64,000 bases of DNA. Source: a virus. A model generated the notes under the pieces. The model was not told the DNA's origin, did no database searches, and saw only the letters and a program-made list of their open reading frames with translations. This document shows, in pieces, positions 48,835 to 56,751 of the stretch (its first letter is position 1; each line of letters starts with the position of its first letter). The stretch lies in the IMG/VR virus record IMGVR_UViG_3300022407_006288, positions 32,001-96,000 of that record; one strand, written 5' to 3'. Position numbers and translations under genes: made by a program.

Positions 48835-49395
48835 ATGTCATTACGTGAATTTGCAAAAAATCATCATCCCAGGACTGACAAGTACGATCTAGGATACATA
48901 GAAACATTTTACGATGAATTGTTTACTCCTAGGTCTGCCGACGTAAAAAATTTACTCGAGATTGGTATTTACAAAGGTGATTCTATTTTGCTATGGAGAG
49001 ACTTTTTTCCTAACGCTATAATCACTGGTGCTGATATTACCCAGTGCCCACGTCTCCACTCAGAATCTCGTGTAGAAGTTTTTTATGAAAATGCATACAC
49101 ACACAATTTTGTGGACAAGTTCCCCAAGAATCACTTTGATATCATTATTGATGATGGCCCGCATACGTTTGAATCCATGCAGTTTTTCTTAAAGAATTAT
49201 TTAGAATTGGTGCAGCCCGGAGGTCTTTTAATTCTCGAGGATATTATTAACCCTGCGTGGACTCCGGAATTGGTAAAATTAATCGACCCTGCTGTCAGCA
49301 AGATAACTGCAGTGGACCTGCGAGGCAAACAACACACTGATAAATTATTACAAGATTGGAAAAACGGACTAGATGTGATCATTGTAGAAAAGTAA
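48835..49395 (+). CDS. Class I SAM-dependent methyltransferase
   Basis: LLEIGIYKGDS, ITGADI, DIIIDDGPH, PGGLLILED. Confidence 0.85.
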   Translation: MSLREFAKNHHPRTDKYDLGYIETFYDELFTPRSADVKNLLEIGIYKGDSILLWRDFFPNAIITGADITQCPRLHSESRVEVFYENAYTHNFVDKFPKNHFDIIIDDGPHTFESMQFFLKNYLELVQPGGLLILEDIINPAWTPELVKLIDPAVSKITAVDLRGKQHTDKLLQDWKNGLDVIIVEK

Positions 49396-49421
49396 TCAAC
49401 TGTTTGATTTGTTTTTAAAAT

Positions 49422-49607
49422 ATGAGTAATTGCACATGTGGCAGAACAACTCGTAAGCCCATGTGCGATAAGAGCTGCAGCCTAACCGAAGCCGAGTATG
49501 TTGCACGTACAGCAAGACTGTCTCAACTACAAGCTAATTCTAAAATTCAAAATACCATAGTTCCCCCAATTGCCAATACTGCTAGTTCTGATAACAATAA
49601 AGCATAA
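49422..49607 (+). CDS. CDGSH-like Fe-S/zinc finger protein
   Basis: CTCGRTTRKPMCDKSC matches C-x-C-x2-(S/T)-x3-P-x-C-D-x-S, with Cys at the His position. Confidence 0.6.
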   Translation: MSNCTCGRTTRKPMCDKSCSLTEAEYVARTARLSQLQANSKIQNTIVPPIANTASSDNNKA

Positions 49608-49645
49608 ATACTGTTCTAGCACATTCAAGTGCACAAGGAGAAAAC

Positions 49646-49765
49646 ATGGACTTAATCAGCATAGTACTTGGTATTGCAATCGGCGCCGCATTTTCACCAT
49701 TTTGGGTGTCAGTTTGGGCTAAAATTAAAAAGTCAATTAAATCAGCTACACCGCCTGCACCCTAA
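49646..49765 (+). CDS. Small membrane peptide (39 aa), not in the ORF track
   Basis: MDLISIVLGIAIGAAFSPFWVSVWAKIKK...; AAGGAG RBS. Confidence 0.65.
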   Translation: MDLISIVLGIAIGAAFSPFWVSVWAKIKKSIKSATPPAP

Positions 49766-49827
49766 GCAGTACGTGATCTTTATATGATAACCGCCTGAAC
49801 TATACTAATATAGTTCGGGTCAATAAT

Positions 49828-49915
49828 GGAAGATTGGCAGAGTGGCCGATTGCGTCAGTCTTGAAAACTGAAGGCCCGAAAGGGTCCGTGAGTTCGAATC
49901 TCACATCTTCCTCCA
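49828..49915 (+). tRNA. tRNA-Ser(TGA)
   Basis: GGAAGAT/ATCTTCC; TCAGT-CT-TGA-AA-ACTGA; long arm GGCCC-GAAA-GGGTC; CCA. Confidence 0.93.
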
Positions 49916-49983
49916 TCAAATCTCTTCAACACAATCAAGATCCTTTTGCAAATTATAATAGTTTTATAATTTGGTAAATCCGC

Positions 49984-50012
49984 TTGACAACTTGATAATA
50001 TCTCTATACACT
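49984..50012 (+). promoter_or_regulatory. Sigma70-type promoter upstream of the LuxR-type gene
   Basis: TTGACA-17 bp-TACACT. Confidence 0.65.
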
Positions 50013-50156
50013 GCGTATTGTGGTAAATAAATAATTTAACACACATCAAAAACTATAGGTGAAGCAGTATTACTATAAAGTACTAGTACAGCTGATTATT
50101 TAAATAATTAGCAGTAGTACCATGTAAATAAACTTATAATAATATGCGAGGAATCT

Positions 50157-51305
50157 ATGATACACACAGACTTGGAAACAGACTCACTCGGTACTAAGTT
50201 ACCCACAATTGTTTATTTCAGTTATGATCATTCACACTCAACTGAGTGTACCGACCGAATAAGTAGCACAGCCACTTGTACATTTAAATTTCCCAGCACA
50301 TGGAGTGAACTGGCAACCCATTTAGAGTCGGGTGAACATATAGTTGCAATTCATATCAGCATGATAAAAAGATCTGATTCATCTATTTTGAATTTTTTAG
50401 GTGCAATTAGGGGATTATGCAAATGCATGCCTGTATCTGACAGCTTAAAAATTGCAGTGATCATTGATCAAGATACCGCTCAACATGAAATTGCCGAATT
50501 ACACAAACACAAAGTATTTGGTTTACTGCTAGATATTGAATGCTATCCCATTGATGACGTGTGTGCATCAATTGACTCGCTGATAGCAGGCATACCCCAT
50601 TGGCCCGAGCATATTACTAGTCAGCTGCCCAATCCACTGGCCACACTGGTAACTGTGTATTTTCGAAAAGATTGGGCTAAACATATAACTCCTCTCATGG
50701 CAGAAACTCTCAGTGGACAGATAACTTTAAATGTACGTTACTGTACCAGCTGGGAGGACTTGGATACAGCACTTTTGGAAAATCCTCATCAGCTGATAAT
50801 ACACGCTGATACCATCCGAGAGTTAAGTACCACCATACCAGAAATTATTTCAATGATCGAAACACGGTTAAGACTTTATGGACCACGTATACCCGTAGCA
50901 ATTGAAATTGAACCCACTACTGCCTTGCATGTCATAAAAGAATTAAAAAAATGCGGAGTATTTGGTATTGTGCCCAGTACAGCCACATGGGGAATTAATG
51001 AAACAATTACTGCTATTCGCGCACTGGTCAAACGTGTTCCCTATTGGCCCAAGCATATTATTGATCAGCTGCCCGGCAACAAACTGGTTATAAAAAACAA
51101 AAAATCCGGAATTAGTGTAACACCACGACAACGTCAAGTTTTGGATCTTATATGCAATCGCGGATTAAGCAATAAACAAATTGCCAAATCATTAAGTATT
51201 TCCGAAAGTACTGTAAAAATACATATTGGGTGCATACTCAAAGAGTACGGTGTAAGAAATAGAACACAGCTGGTTTTGGCTGCAGCTTGTCTCCTGAAAG
51301 CATAA
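50157..51305 (+). CDS. LuxR/NarL-type regulator with two tandem atypical receiver-like domains
   Basis: C-terminal TPRQRQVLDLI..GLSNKQIAKSLSISESTVKIHI; internal duplication (…FGL…GIPHWPEHI / …FGI…RVPYWPKHI). Confidence 0.85.
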   Translation: MIHTDLETDSLGTKLPTIVYFSYDHSHSTECTDRISSTATCTFKFPSTWSELATHLESGEHIVAIHISMIKRSDSSILNFLGAIRGLCKCMPVSDSLKIAVIIDQDTAQHEIAELHKHKVFGLLLDIECYPIDDVCASIDSLIAGIPHWPEHITSQLPNPLATLVTVYFRKDWAKHITPLMAETLSGQITLNVRYCTSWEDLDTALLENPHQLIIHADTIRELSTTIPEIISMIETRLRLYGPRIPVAIEIEPTTALHVIKELKKCGVFGIVPSTATWGINETITAIRALVKRVPYWPKHIIDQLPGNKLVIKNKKSGISVTPRQRQVLDLICNRGLSNKQIAKSLSISESTVKIHIGCILKEYGVRNRTQLVLAAACLLKA

Positions 51306-51402
51306 TAGCCCACGCCCTCGTGGCATATTTTTTTAAATAAAAATCTATAACGCTGAAGTGCTATTCCTGCTAAAGTACTTGGTATAATACCTGTTTAATC
51401 TT

Positions 51403-51446
51403 TAAATAAATGCATACTACAAATGGAAATTGGTTCTGTCTGTAGT
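51403..51446 (+). repeat. Conserved promoter/leader copy 1
   Basis: TAAATAAATGCATACTACAAATGGAAATTGGTT...TGTAGT; the ACTACA/TGTAGT arms can pair. Confidence 0.8.
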
Positions 51447-51514
51447 ACAAGATCGACTAAACTGTGTTTGCGTAATTTATGCAGTTAGTCTTATTTAATT
51501 AAGGAATTATTATC

Positions 51515-52078
51515 ATGGCCGATATGACAGGACTAACAACTGATCCATTTTTCTCATTACTTGCTCAAGTGCAAGACGTCAAGACCAAAGTTTCAGACAG
51601 CATTTTTGAAAACTACAAGCTACAAATAGCACAATCAAACGACATCAACAACCGTGCAATGCAAGTTGCATTGCATGACACAGCCGCATTTGCTGATTTG
51701 AAAAATGCGGTTTCTAATGGTACATTGCAGACCATGCTTGCTGCTGCACGCACTGATGCTGCTATTGCCGCAACTGCAATGAGCACACAACGTGTTGTCA
51801 TGGAACAGGGCGAAGCTACTCGTGGATTAATTGCTGCACTAAACACACAAAACTTGAATACTGCATTGATCAACACAAACACAGCTCTTTACAGTCTAAA
51901 CGGACAGTATTCCGGATTAGGTCTTGCATATGGCGGCGCTGTTGCTGCTGTTCAAAGCGCAAATTCTGTTAGCTCAGTGAATGCACTACACAGTGCTGTA
52001 TCCGGTCAGAGATTGATCAATACAGGTAGCATGGCTTCTACATCACAGACATCTACACCGACATCTATTGGCGGCTAA
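51515..52078 (+). CDS. Ala/Asn/Gln/Thr-rich hypothetical protein, paralog 1
   Basis: First 37 aa identical to 52296; AAGGA RBS; no Cys or Trp. Confidence 0.8.
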   Translation: MADMTGLTTDPFFSLLAQVQDVKTKVSDSIFENYKLQIAQSNDINNRAMQVALHDTAAFADLKNAVSNGTLQTMLAAARTDAAIAATAMSTQRVVMEQGEATRGLIAALNTQNLNTALINTNTALYSLNGQYSGLGLAYGGAVAAVQSANSVSSVNALHSAVSGQRLINTGSMASTSQTSTPTSIGG

Positions 52079-52097
52079 AAGTACACTTGTACTTTAC

Positions 52098-52126
52098 AAA
52101 ATACCTTCCTTCCGGGAGGTATTTTT
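52098..52126 (+). terminator. Rho-independent terminator
   Basis: AAAATACCTTCC-TTCC-GGGAGGTATTTTT. Confidence 0.75.
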
Positions 52127-52197
52127 ATGGCTAAAATTTACATAATATTGAAGTTGTAGTTGTACTAATGCATGTATTAAATCCCCAGTCTATCCAT

Positions 52198-52241
52198 TAA
52201 ATAAATGCATACTACAAATAGAAATTGGTTTTACTTGTAGT
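52198..52241 (+). repeat. Conserved promoter/leader copy 2
   Basis: TAAATAAATGCATACTACAAATAGAAATTGGTT...TGTAGT. Confidence 0.8.
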
Positions 52242-52295
52242 TATTATAACTGAAGCTACAAAAGTTTTGGTATTTTTAATTAAGGAATTATTATC

Positions 52296-52856
52296 ATGGC
52301 CGATATGACAGGACTAACAACTGATCCATTCTTTTCATTACTTGCCCAAGTGCAAGATGTCAAGACCAAAGTTTCAGACAGCATTTTTGAAAACTACAAG
52401 CTACAAGTAGCACAAGCAAATGACATCAACAATCGCGCAATGCAAGTAGCATTAAGCAACGCAACTGCACTCACCGACTTGAAGCAGGCAACTACTGAAA
52501 GCACACTACAAACCATGCTTGCTGCTGCACGCACTGATGCTGCTATTGGCGCAACTGCAATGAGCACACAAAGTGTTATTATGCAGCAAGGTGAAGCAAC
52601 TCGTGGATTAGTTGGCGGATTGAACACACAAAACTTGAATACCGCATTGATCAACACAAACACAGCTCTTTCTAGCCTAAACGGTCAATACTCTGGCTTA
52701 GGTCTTGCATATGGCGGCGCTGTTGCTGCTGTTCAAAGCGCAAATTCTGTTAACGCAGTAAATGCTCTTAATAGCGCAATTGCAACACAAGGCCTGGTTA
52801 ACACAGGTACTATGACTGGAACTACACAAACCGCAACACCAACATCTATTCGTTAA
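52296..52856 (+). CDS. Ala/Asn/Gln/Thr-rich hypothetical protein, paralog 2
   Basis: Tandem duplicate of 51515. Confidence 0.8.
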   Translation: MADMTGLTTDPFFSLLAQVQDVKTKVSDSIFENYKLQVAQANDINNRAMQVALSNATALTDLKQATTESTLQTMLAAARTDAAIGATAMSTQSVIMQQGEATRGLVGGLNTQNLNTALINTNTALSSLNGQYSGLGLAYGGAVAAVQSANSVNAVNALNSAIATQGLVNTGTMTGTTQTATPTSIR

Positions 52857-52873
52857 TAGATAAGGAGGTTATT

Positions 52874-53047
52874 ATGTTTGGATCTAACATTGGATACGGG
52901 GCCTGGTCGCCACGTGGATATTTAGGTGCCGGCATAGGATATCCATATTATGGATATTCTGGATGTGGATACCCGTACGGCGGATGCCCATACGGTGGAT
53001 ATCCAGGATGGGGATTTTACAATTCTCCCTATCTTCCGTTAATTTAA
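52874..53047 (+). CDS. Tyr/Gly/Pro-rich peptide (57 aa), not in the ORF track
   Basis: MFGSNIGYGAWSPRGYLGAGIGYPYYGYSGCGYPYGGCPYGGYPGWGFYNSPYLPLI*; AAGGAGG RBS. Confidence 0.75.
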   Translation: MFGSNIGYGAWSPRGYLGAGIGYPYYGYSGCGYPYGGCPYGGYPGWGFYNSPYLPLI

Positions 53048-53065
53048 GTTATAGATAAGTGGATC

Positions 53066-53093
53066 ATAGACTGACTCACGTGAGTCAGTCTAT
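53066..53093. repeat. Perfect 28-bp palindrome
   Basis: ATAGACTGACTCACGTGAGTCAGTCTAT. Confidence 0.9.
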
Positions 53094-53110
53094 TTTAAAG
53101 GAGAACAAAA

Positions 53111-53314
53111 ATGTACCCAGGATACTTATATCCCTATTACAGAAGCTATGCATATCCTTACCCAAGTTGGGTGTATGGTGGTTATACAGGTTATGGTGGC
53201 TACGGTGGTTATGGATCAAATATTATAGGCAGCGCAATTGCCAATCAAAGTGTTATAAACACCGGCAACATTGCAGGATTTACACAAACAGCCACACCCA
53301 CAGTTATTTGGTAA
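53111..53314 (+). CDS. Tyr/Gly/Pro-rich peptide sharing the C-terminal motif of 51515/52296
   Basis: MYPGYLYPYYRSYAYPYP...GYGGYGGYG...SAIANQSVINTGNIAGFTQTATPT; AAGGAG RBS. Confidence 0.75.
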   Translation: MYPGYLYPYYRSYAYPYPSWVYGGYTGYGGYGGYGSNIIGSAIANQSVINTGNIAGFTQTATPTVIW

Positions 53315-53331
53315 TAACAGAAAGGTCTTAT

Positions 53332-53514
53332 ATGTATAAAAAAATATCACATAACATATTAAAAGAACACTTTGATAGTCCGGCATTTATGCCAACATCT
53401 AGTTTACCTAAATTAGGTGATAATTTTATACATCCCGGTAATGGATCGTTATCTATTAACAATCCATTACTTTATTATGTGATAAATGAAGACATTATGC
53501 AATTTAGGAAATAA
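53332..53514 (+). CDS. Small hypothetical protein (60 aa)
   Basis: MYKKISHNILKEHFD...; AAGG RBS; likely the real part of track ORF 53059-53514. Confidence 0.55.
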   Translation: MYKKISHNILKEHFDSPAFMPTSSLPKLGDNFIHPGNGSLSINNPLLYYVINEDIMQFRK

Positions 53515-53515
53515 T

Positions 53516-54022
53516 ATGACTGATTTTGAAGATAACAAACATAGGTTAGAATTAATTAAAATGTCAAGGGAACTGCTTAATGAGGAATACATTAATCGAC
53601 GTGCTCAAGATCATAATAGATGGTTGGCAGAAAGTGACGTAATGTGGAAAGCAAAGCGAGTAAAACTTCCATATCCGCCCTTTGCTGCATATCCTACAGA
53701 TGAAGAAATTGTTGCAAAAGCAACTGTTCTTTATAATTTTGTAAACACAAAACCTGCGGTTGAGCCCGCTCCTGCACCAATTGATGTGATACCAACCCCG
53801 GTGGAGATAGCAGCAACTAACAAAATTTTATCAACACCTATAGCAGAGCCCTTGCAATCTCCATGGGACAAATATTTAACACCCGAACAAGAGCCTATAT
53901 TGAACGAACCAGTTGCTGACATATCAGTCCCTCAAACACCGGTCGAAGAAACTCAATCAACACAGTCGTCGTTAGTACAGAATTTATTACCGGGCTGGAT
54001 TAGAAGAAATCAATCAGCCTAA
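53516..54022 (+). CDS. Hypothetical protein with a Pro-rich tail
   Basis: RLELIKMSRELL...YPTDEEIVAKATVLYNFV; AGGA RBS. Confidence 0.65.
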   Translation: MTDFEDNKHRLELIKMSRELLNEEYINRRAQDHNRWLAESDVMWKAKRVKLPYPPFAAYPTDEEIVAKATVLYNFVNTKPAVEPAPAPIDVIPTPVEIAATNKILSTPIAEPLQSPWDKYLTPEQEPILNEPVADISVPQTPVEETQSTQSSLVQNLLPGWIRRNQSA

Positions 54023-54030
54023 GGAGTGTT

Positions 54031-54522
54031 ATGTTTAACAATTTAGGTATATTTAGCAATAATTTAATCACCCCTATTATACTTCGTGGTGCCACATCGC
54101 CGTGTCTAGCACCACGTATTCCTGTATGTCCGAGTCCGGCTTCCGATGCCATAGAAATCGGCGGCATTGGTAACGATATTATTAACATCGGCGGCGGGGG
54201 TGTAGGACCACCCGGCCCCCCAGGACCACCCGGTACTATTGGACTGGTACCAGTGACTGATGTAGCAACACCCACATACACGGCATTAAGCACTGACTAT
54301 TTTTTATGTGTATTAACCAATGGATTAGTTACTATTACATTACCAACAGGTATATTAGGGACAGTATACATTGTTAAAGATTGTTTTGGTGATGCAGCAA
54401 ACAACCCAATTACTATTCAGGGTACAGGCGGGCAGTTAGTCGATGGCAGTACAGCCACTATTAACACCAATTTTGGTAGCTTACAATTCGTATTCAATGG
54501 ATTTGATTGGAGCATAGTATGA
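54031..54522 (+). CDS. Short collagen-like protein with a C-terminal beta domain
   Basis: GVGPPGPPGPPGTIG; C-terminal domain TITLP...YIVKD...ITI...VDG...GSLQFVFNGFDW. Confidence 0.75.
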   Translation: MFNNLGIFSNNLITPIILRGATSPCLAPRIPVCPSPASDAIEIGGIGNDIINIGGGGVGPPGPPGPPGTIGLVPVTDVATPTYTALSTDYFLCVLTNGLVTITLPTGILGTVYIVKDCFGDAANNPITIQGTGGQLVDGSTATINTNFGSLQFVFNGFDWSIV

Positions 54523-54564
54523 TTTATTTGATAAAATTAACAATAGACTTTAAGGAGAATTAAT

Positions 54565-55722
54565 ATGTTAGGTATATTTTCAGCAAACTTTCCTCAAGGA
54601 CCTCTGCGTCCGGGAATTAACTTACGTAGACCGGTTCGGGTGTTTGCAGGACAAATTGCAAATTATAACCGCGGATATGGTTCAGTAAACACCAACTCAA
54701 TGAGTGGTACAAATCTACTTCGTTTAACTGTTACTAGTACAACACCGCAAACAATTCCTCAAGGACCCGGTATTGTGCCTCTTAATGACATGTTATTGAC
54801 CAGTACAATTAATGGAAACTTTGTGTCAACATTTGACGCTGACTACGGTATTGTCGGCGACTTAATCGATATTACTGCCGCAGGTGCCGCCGCTAATACA
54901 GCGTTAGCTGCACAGTTAGCCGCATTACCCGGTGGCGTTCCACACGGTGCTGTATTTGGCAACGGCGAAGTTTTAACACCCGGTATTTACGATGTAGTAA
55001 CTCCTGCTGCTATTCAAGGCATTTTGACATTGAACGGTGGCGGTGATCCCAATGCATTGTTTGTGATCAGAGTTGCCGGCGCATTAACCAGTGTGGCCGC
55101 AAGTCAGGTGTTATTAACAAATGGTGCCACAGCCAACAATGTGTTCTGGGTAAGTCAAGGTGCCACAGCACTAGGTGCTAATACCATCTTTCGTGGCACA
55201 GCATTGGCAGTAGGGGGAGCCGCTGGCATAGGTGCCGGCAGCATAGTTAATGGTAGATTGTTATCGACACTTGGCGCAGTTACTACTGACACCAGTATAG
55301 TAACACAACCAGGTGCTACAACAACTGCTATTGCATTGGGTGTGCTTGAAAACTTTGCTCTATTCACCAATAGCGGTGCGGTAGCCAATACAGGGACAAG
55401 CATCATAACTGGGAACATTGGAACCAATCTAGGACTTATTACTGGATACGGACTCCCAACTATAGTAAATGGCAACGTATATATTCCGGGAAGTTTGGCT
55501 GCTGGTCCAGTAGCCGCTGACTTTGGTATCTATAAGAATGGAGTATTGATTCCGGGTACATTAGTTTCAGTATCCGGTCCAACAACAATTACTGCCGCTC
55601 ACGTGACATCAACGGGTCCTGTGGTATTGTTAGTGGGTGATGTAGTTACTGCTAGAGCAACTGCTGTACTAGGCACATTAACAGTGAATACAAGAACATT
55701 AACTTTACAACAGGTACCGTAA
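54565..55722 (+). CDS. Ice-binding protein (DUF3494), circularly permuted, inside a BclA-CTD-like domain
   Basis: LTPGIY...LTLNGGGDPNALFVI...LTSVAASQVLLTNGATANNVFW...GRLL, followed by LGVLENFALFTNSGAVANTGTSIITGNIG. Confidence 0.8.
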   Translation: MLGIFSANFPQGPLRPGINLRRPVRVFAGQIANYNRGYGSVNTNSMSGTNLLRLTVTSTTPQTIPQGPGIVPLNDMLLTSTINGNFVSTFDADYGIVGDLIDITAAGAAANTALAAQLAALPGGVPHGAVFGNGEVLTPGIYDVVTPAAIQGILTLNGGGDPNALFVIRVAGALTSVAASQVLLTNGATANNVFWVSQGATALGANTIFRGTALAVGGAAGIGAGSIVNGRLLSTLGAVTTDTSIVTQPGATTTAIALGVLENFALFTNSGAVANTGTSIITGNIGTNLGLITGYGLPTIVNGNVYIPGSLAAGPVAADFGIYKNGVLIPGTLVSVSGPTTITAAHVTSTGPVVLLVGDVVTARATAVLGTLTVNTRTLTLQQVP

Positions 55723-55797
55723 TATAGTTTATTTATAGAGCCTACCCGAATTAAAGAGAGACAAAATTTAACTAACAACATCACAAGGAAAATTAAA

Positions 55798-56199
55798 ATG
55801 TCATATACAAACAATCCAACTTCGATACTTGCCGGACCAGGTATCACCGTTGTACCAACAACAGGTACCGGTGCAGAAGTAGTTACCATCAGTGCTAGCG
55901 GCGGCGGATTCGTAGATATTAGAACTGCTGTTGCAACTCCTGTTACGGTAGTGGCTGCAACTGATAATATCATTGATGTAGCTGTTCCAGGTCCAGTTGC
56001 CGTAGCAGTAACATTACCTGCTGGTGTACTAGGCCAAGAGTTCACAATCAAAGATGGATTAGGTTTAGCAGCACCTGCAACTCCAATCACTATCACACCA
56101 ACTGCTGGTACAATTGATGGTGCAGCAACTGCAGTTATCGATGCACCATATGGTTCATTAACATTTGTGTACAATGGTACGCAATGGTTGATTCTATAA
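55798..56199 (+). CDS. Beta-domain protein paralogous to the C-terminus of 54031
   Basis: VTLPAG..G.EFTIKD...PITI...TIDG...YGSLTFVYNGTQW. Confidence 0.75.
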   Translation: MSYTNNPTSILAGPGITVVPTTGTGAEVVTISASGGGFVDIRTAVATPVTVVAATDNIIDVAVPGPVAVAVTLPAGVLGQEFTIKDGLGLAAPATPITITPTAGTIDGAATAVIDAPYGSLTFVYNGTQWLIL

Positions 56200-56217
56200 A
56201 TTTAATAAGGCAATATC

Positions 56218-56748
56218 ATGTACACACGAGTAAATGTATATCCAAACGGGGCACCGATTCCTTCGGTGCTCCCTGATAGTTATCAATCTTCAATGTATGG
56301 TAATACCCCAGCCGGCCAGAGTTGTTCCAACTGTAAAAATTTTAATACAACTAACTTCTATTGCGAAGCATGGAAAGCCCCGGTTAAACCGCGCTGGTGG
56401 TGCGCTGGCTGGGCTCCCGTAGCCAAACTAACACGCCACGGTACAGTAGCTGTGCTATCAAAAAAGATAACAACTAGCATGGTAGAAGAGCACTTTGCCG
56501 AGGTCCCGAAATTGGCATCAAGTCAATTAAGTTATGGTAACGAAAACGAAGAAGATGTTATCAGGCTTAATGTTCCCCTAATGATTCGTTTGTTAGAGTG
56601 GGCTAGAGAAGGCGCCAGCAAAGATGCCGAATTGCACATTATTGCCGAACGATTAATTGATCTCAGCGATGAGGGCGACACACTCACAATGAGTGATTAT
56701 CCTGATATAGTTGTCCAAGAGACTACAGTAGATAGAAAGGAAAATTAA
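56218..56748 (+). CDS. HiPIP-like 4-Cys domain fused to a helical domain
   Basis: Y...GQSCSNC-x9-C...V.P.WWCAGW. Confidence 0.6.
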   Translation: MYTRVNVYPNGAPIPSVLPDSYQSSMYGNTPAGQSCSNCKNFNTTNFYCEAWKAPVKPRWWCAGWAPVAKLTRHGTVAVLSKKITTSMVEEHFAEVPKLASSQLSYGNENEEDVIRLNVPLMIRLLEWAREGASKDAELHIIAERLIDLSDEGDTLTMSDYPDIVVQETTVDRKEN

Positions 56749-56751
56749 ATC

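Noticed and set aside
53059-53514. 151-aa ORF as listed in the track
   Set aside because: Its first 91 codons are an alternate frame over the 53111 peptide. Only the part from ATG 53332, which has an RBS, looks real.
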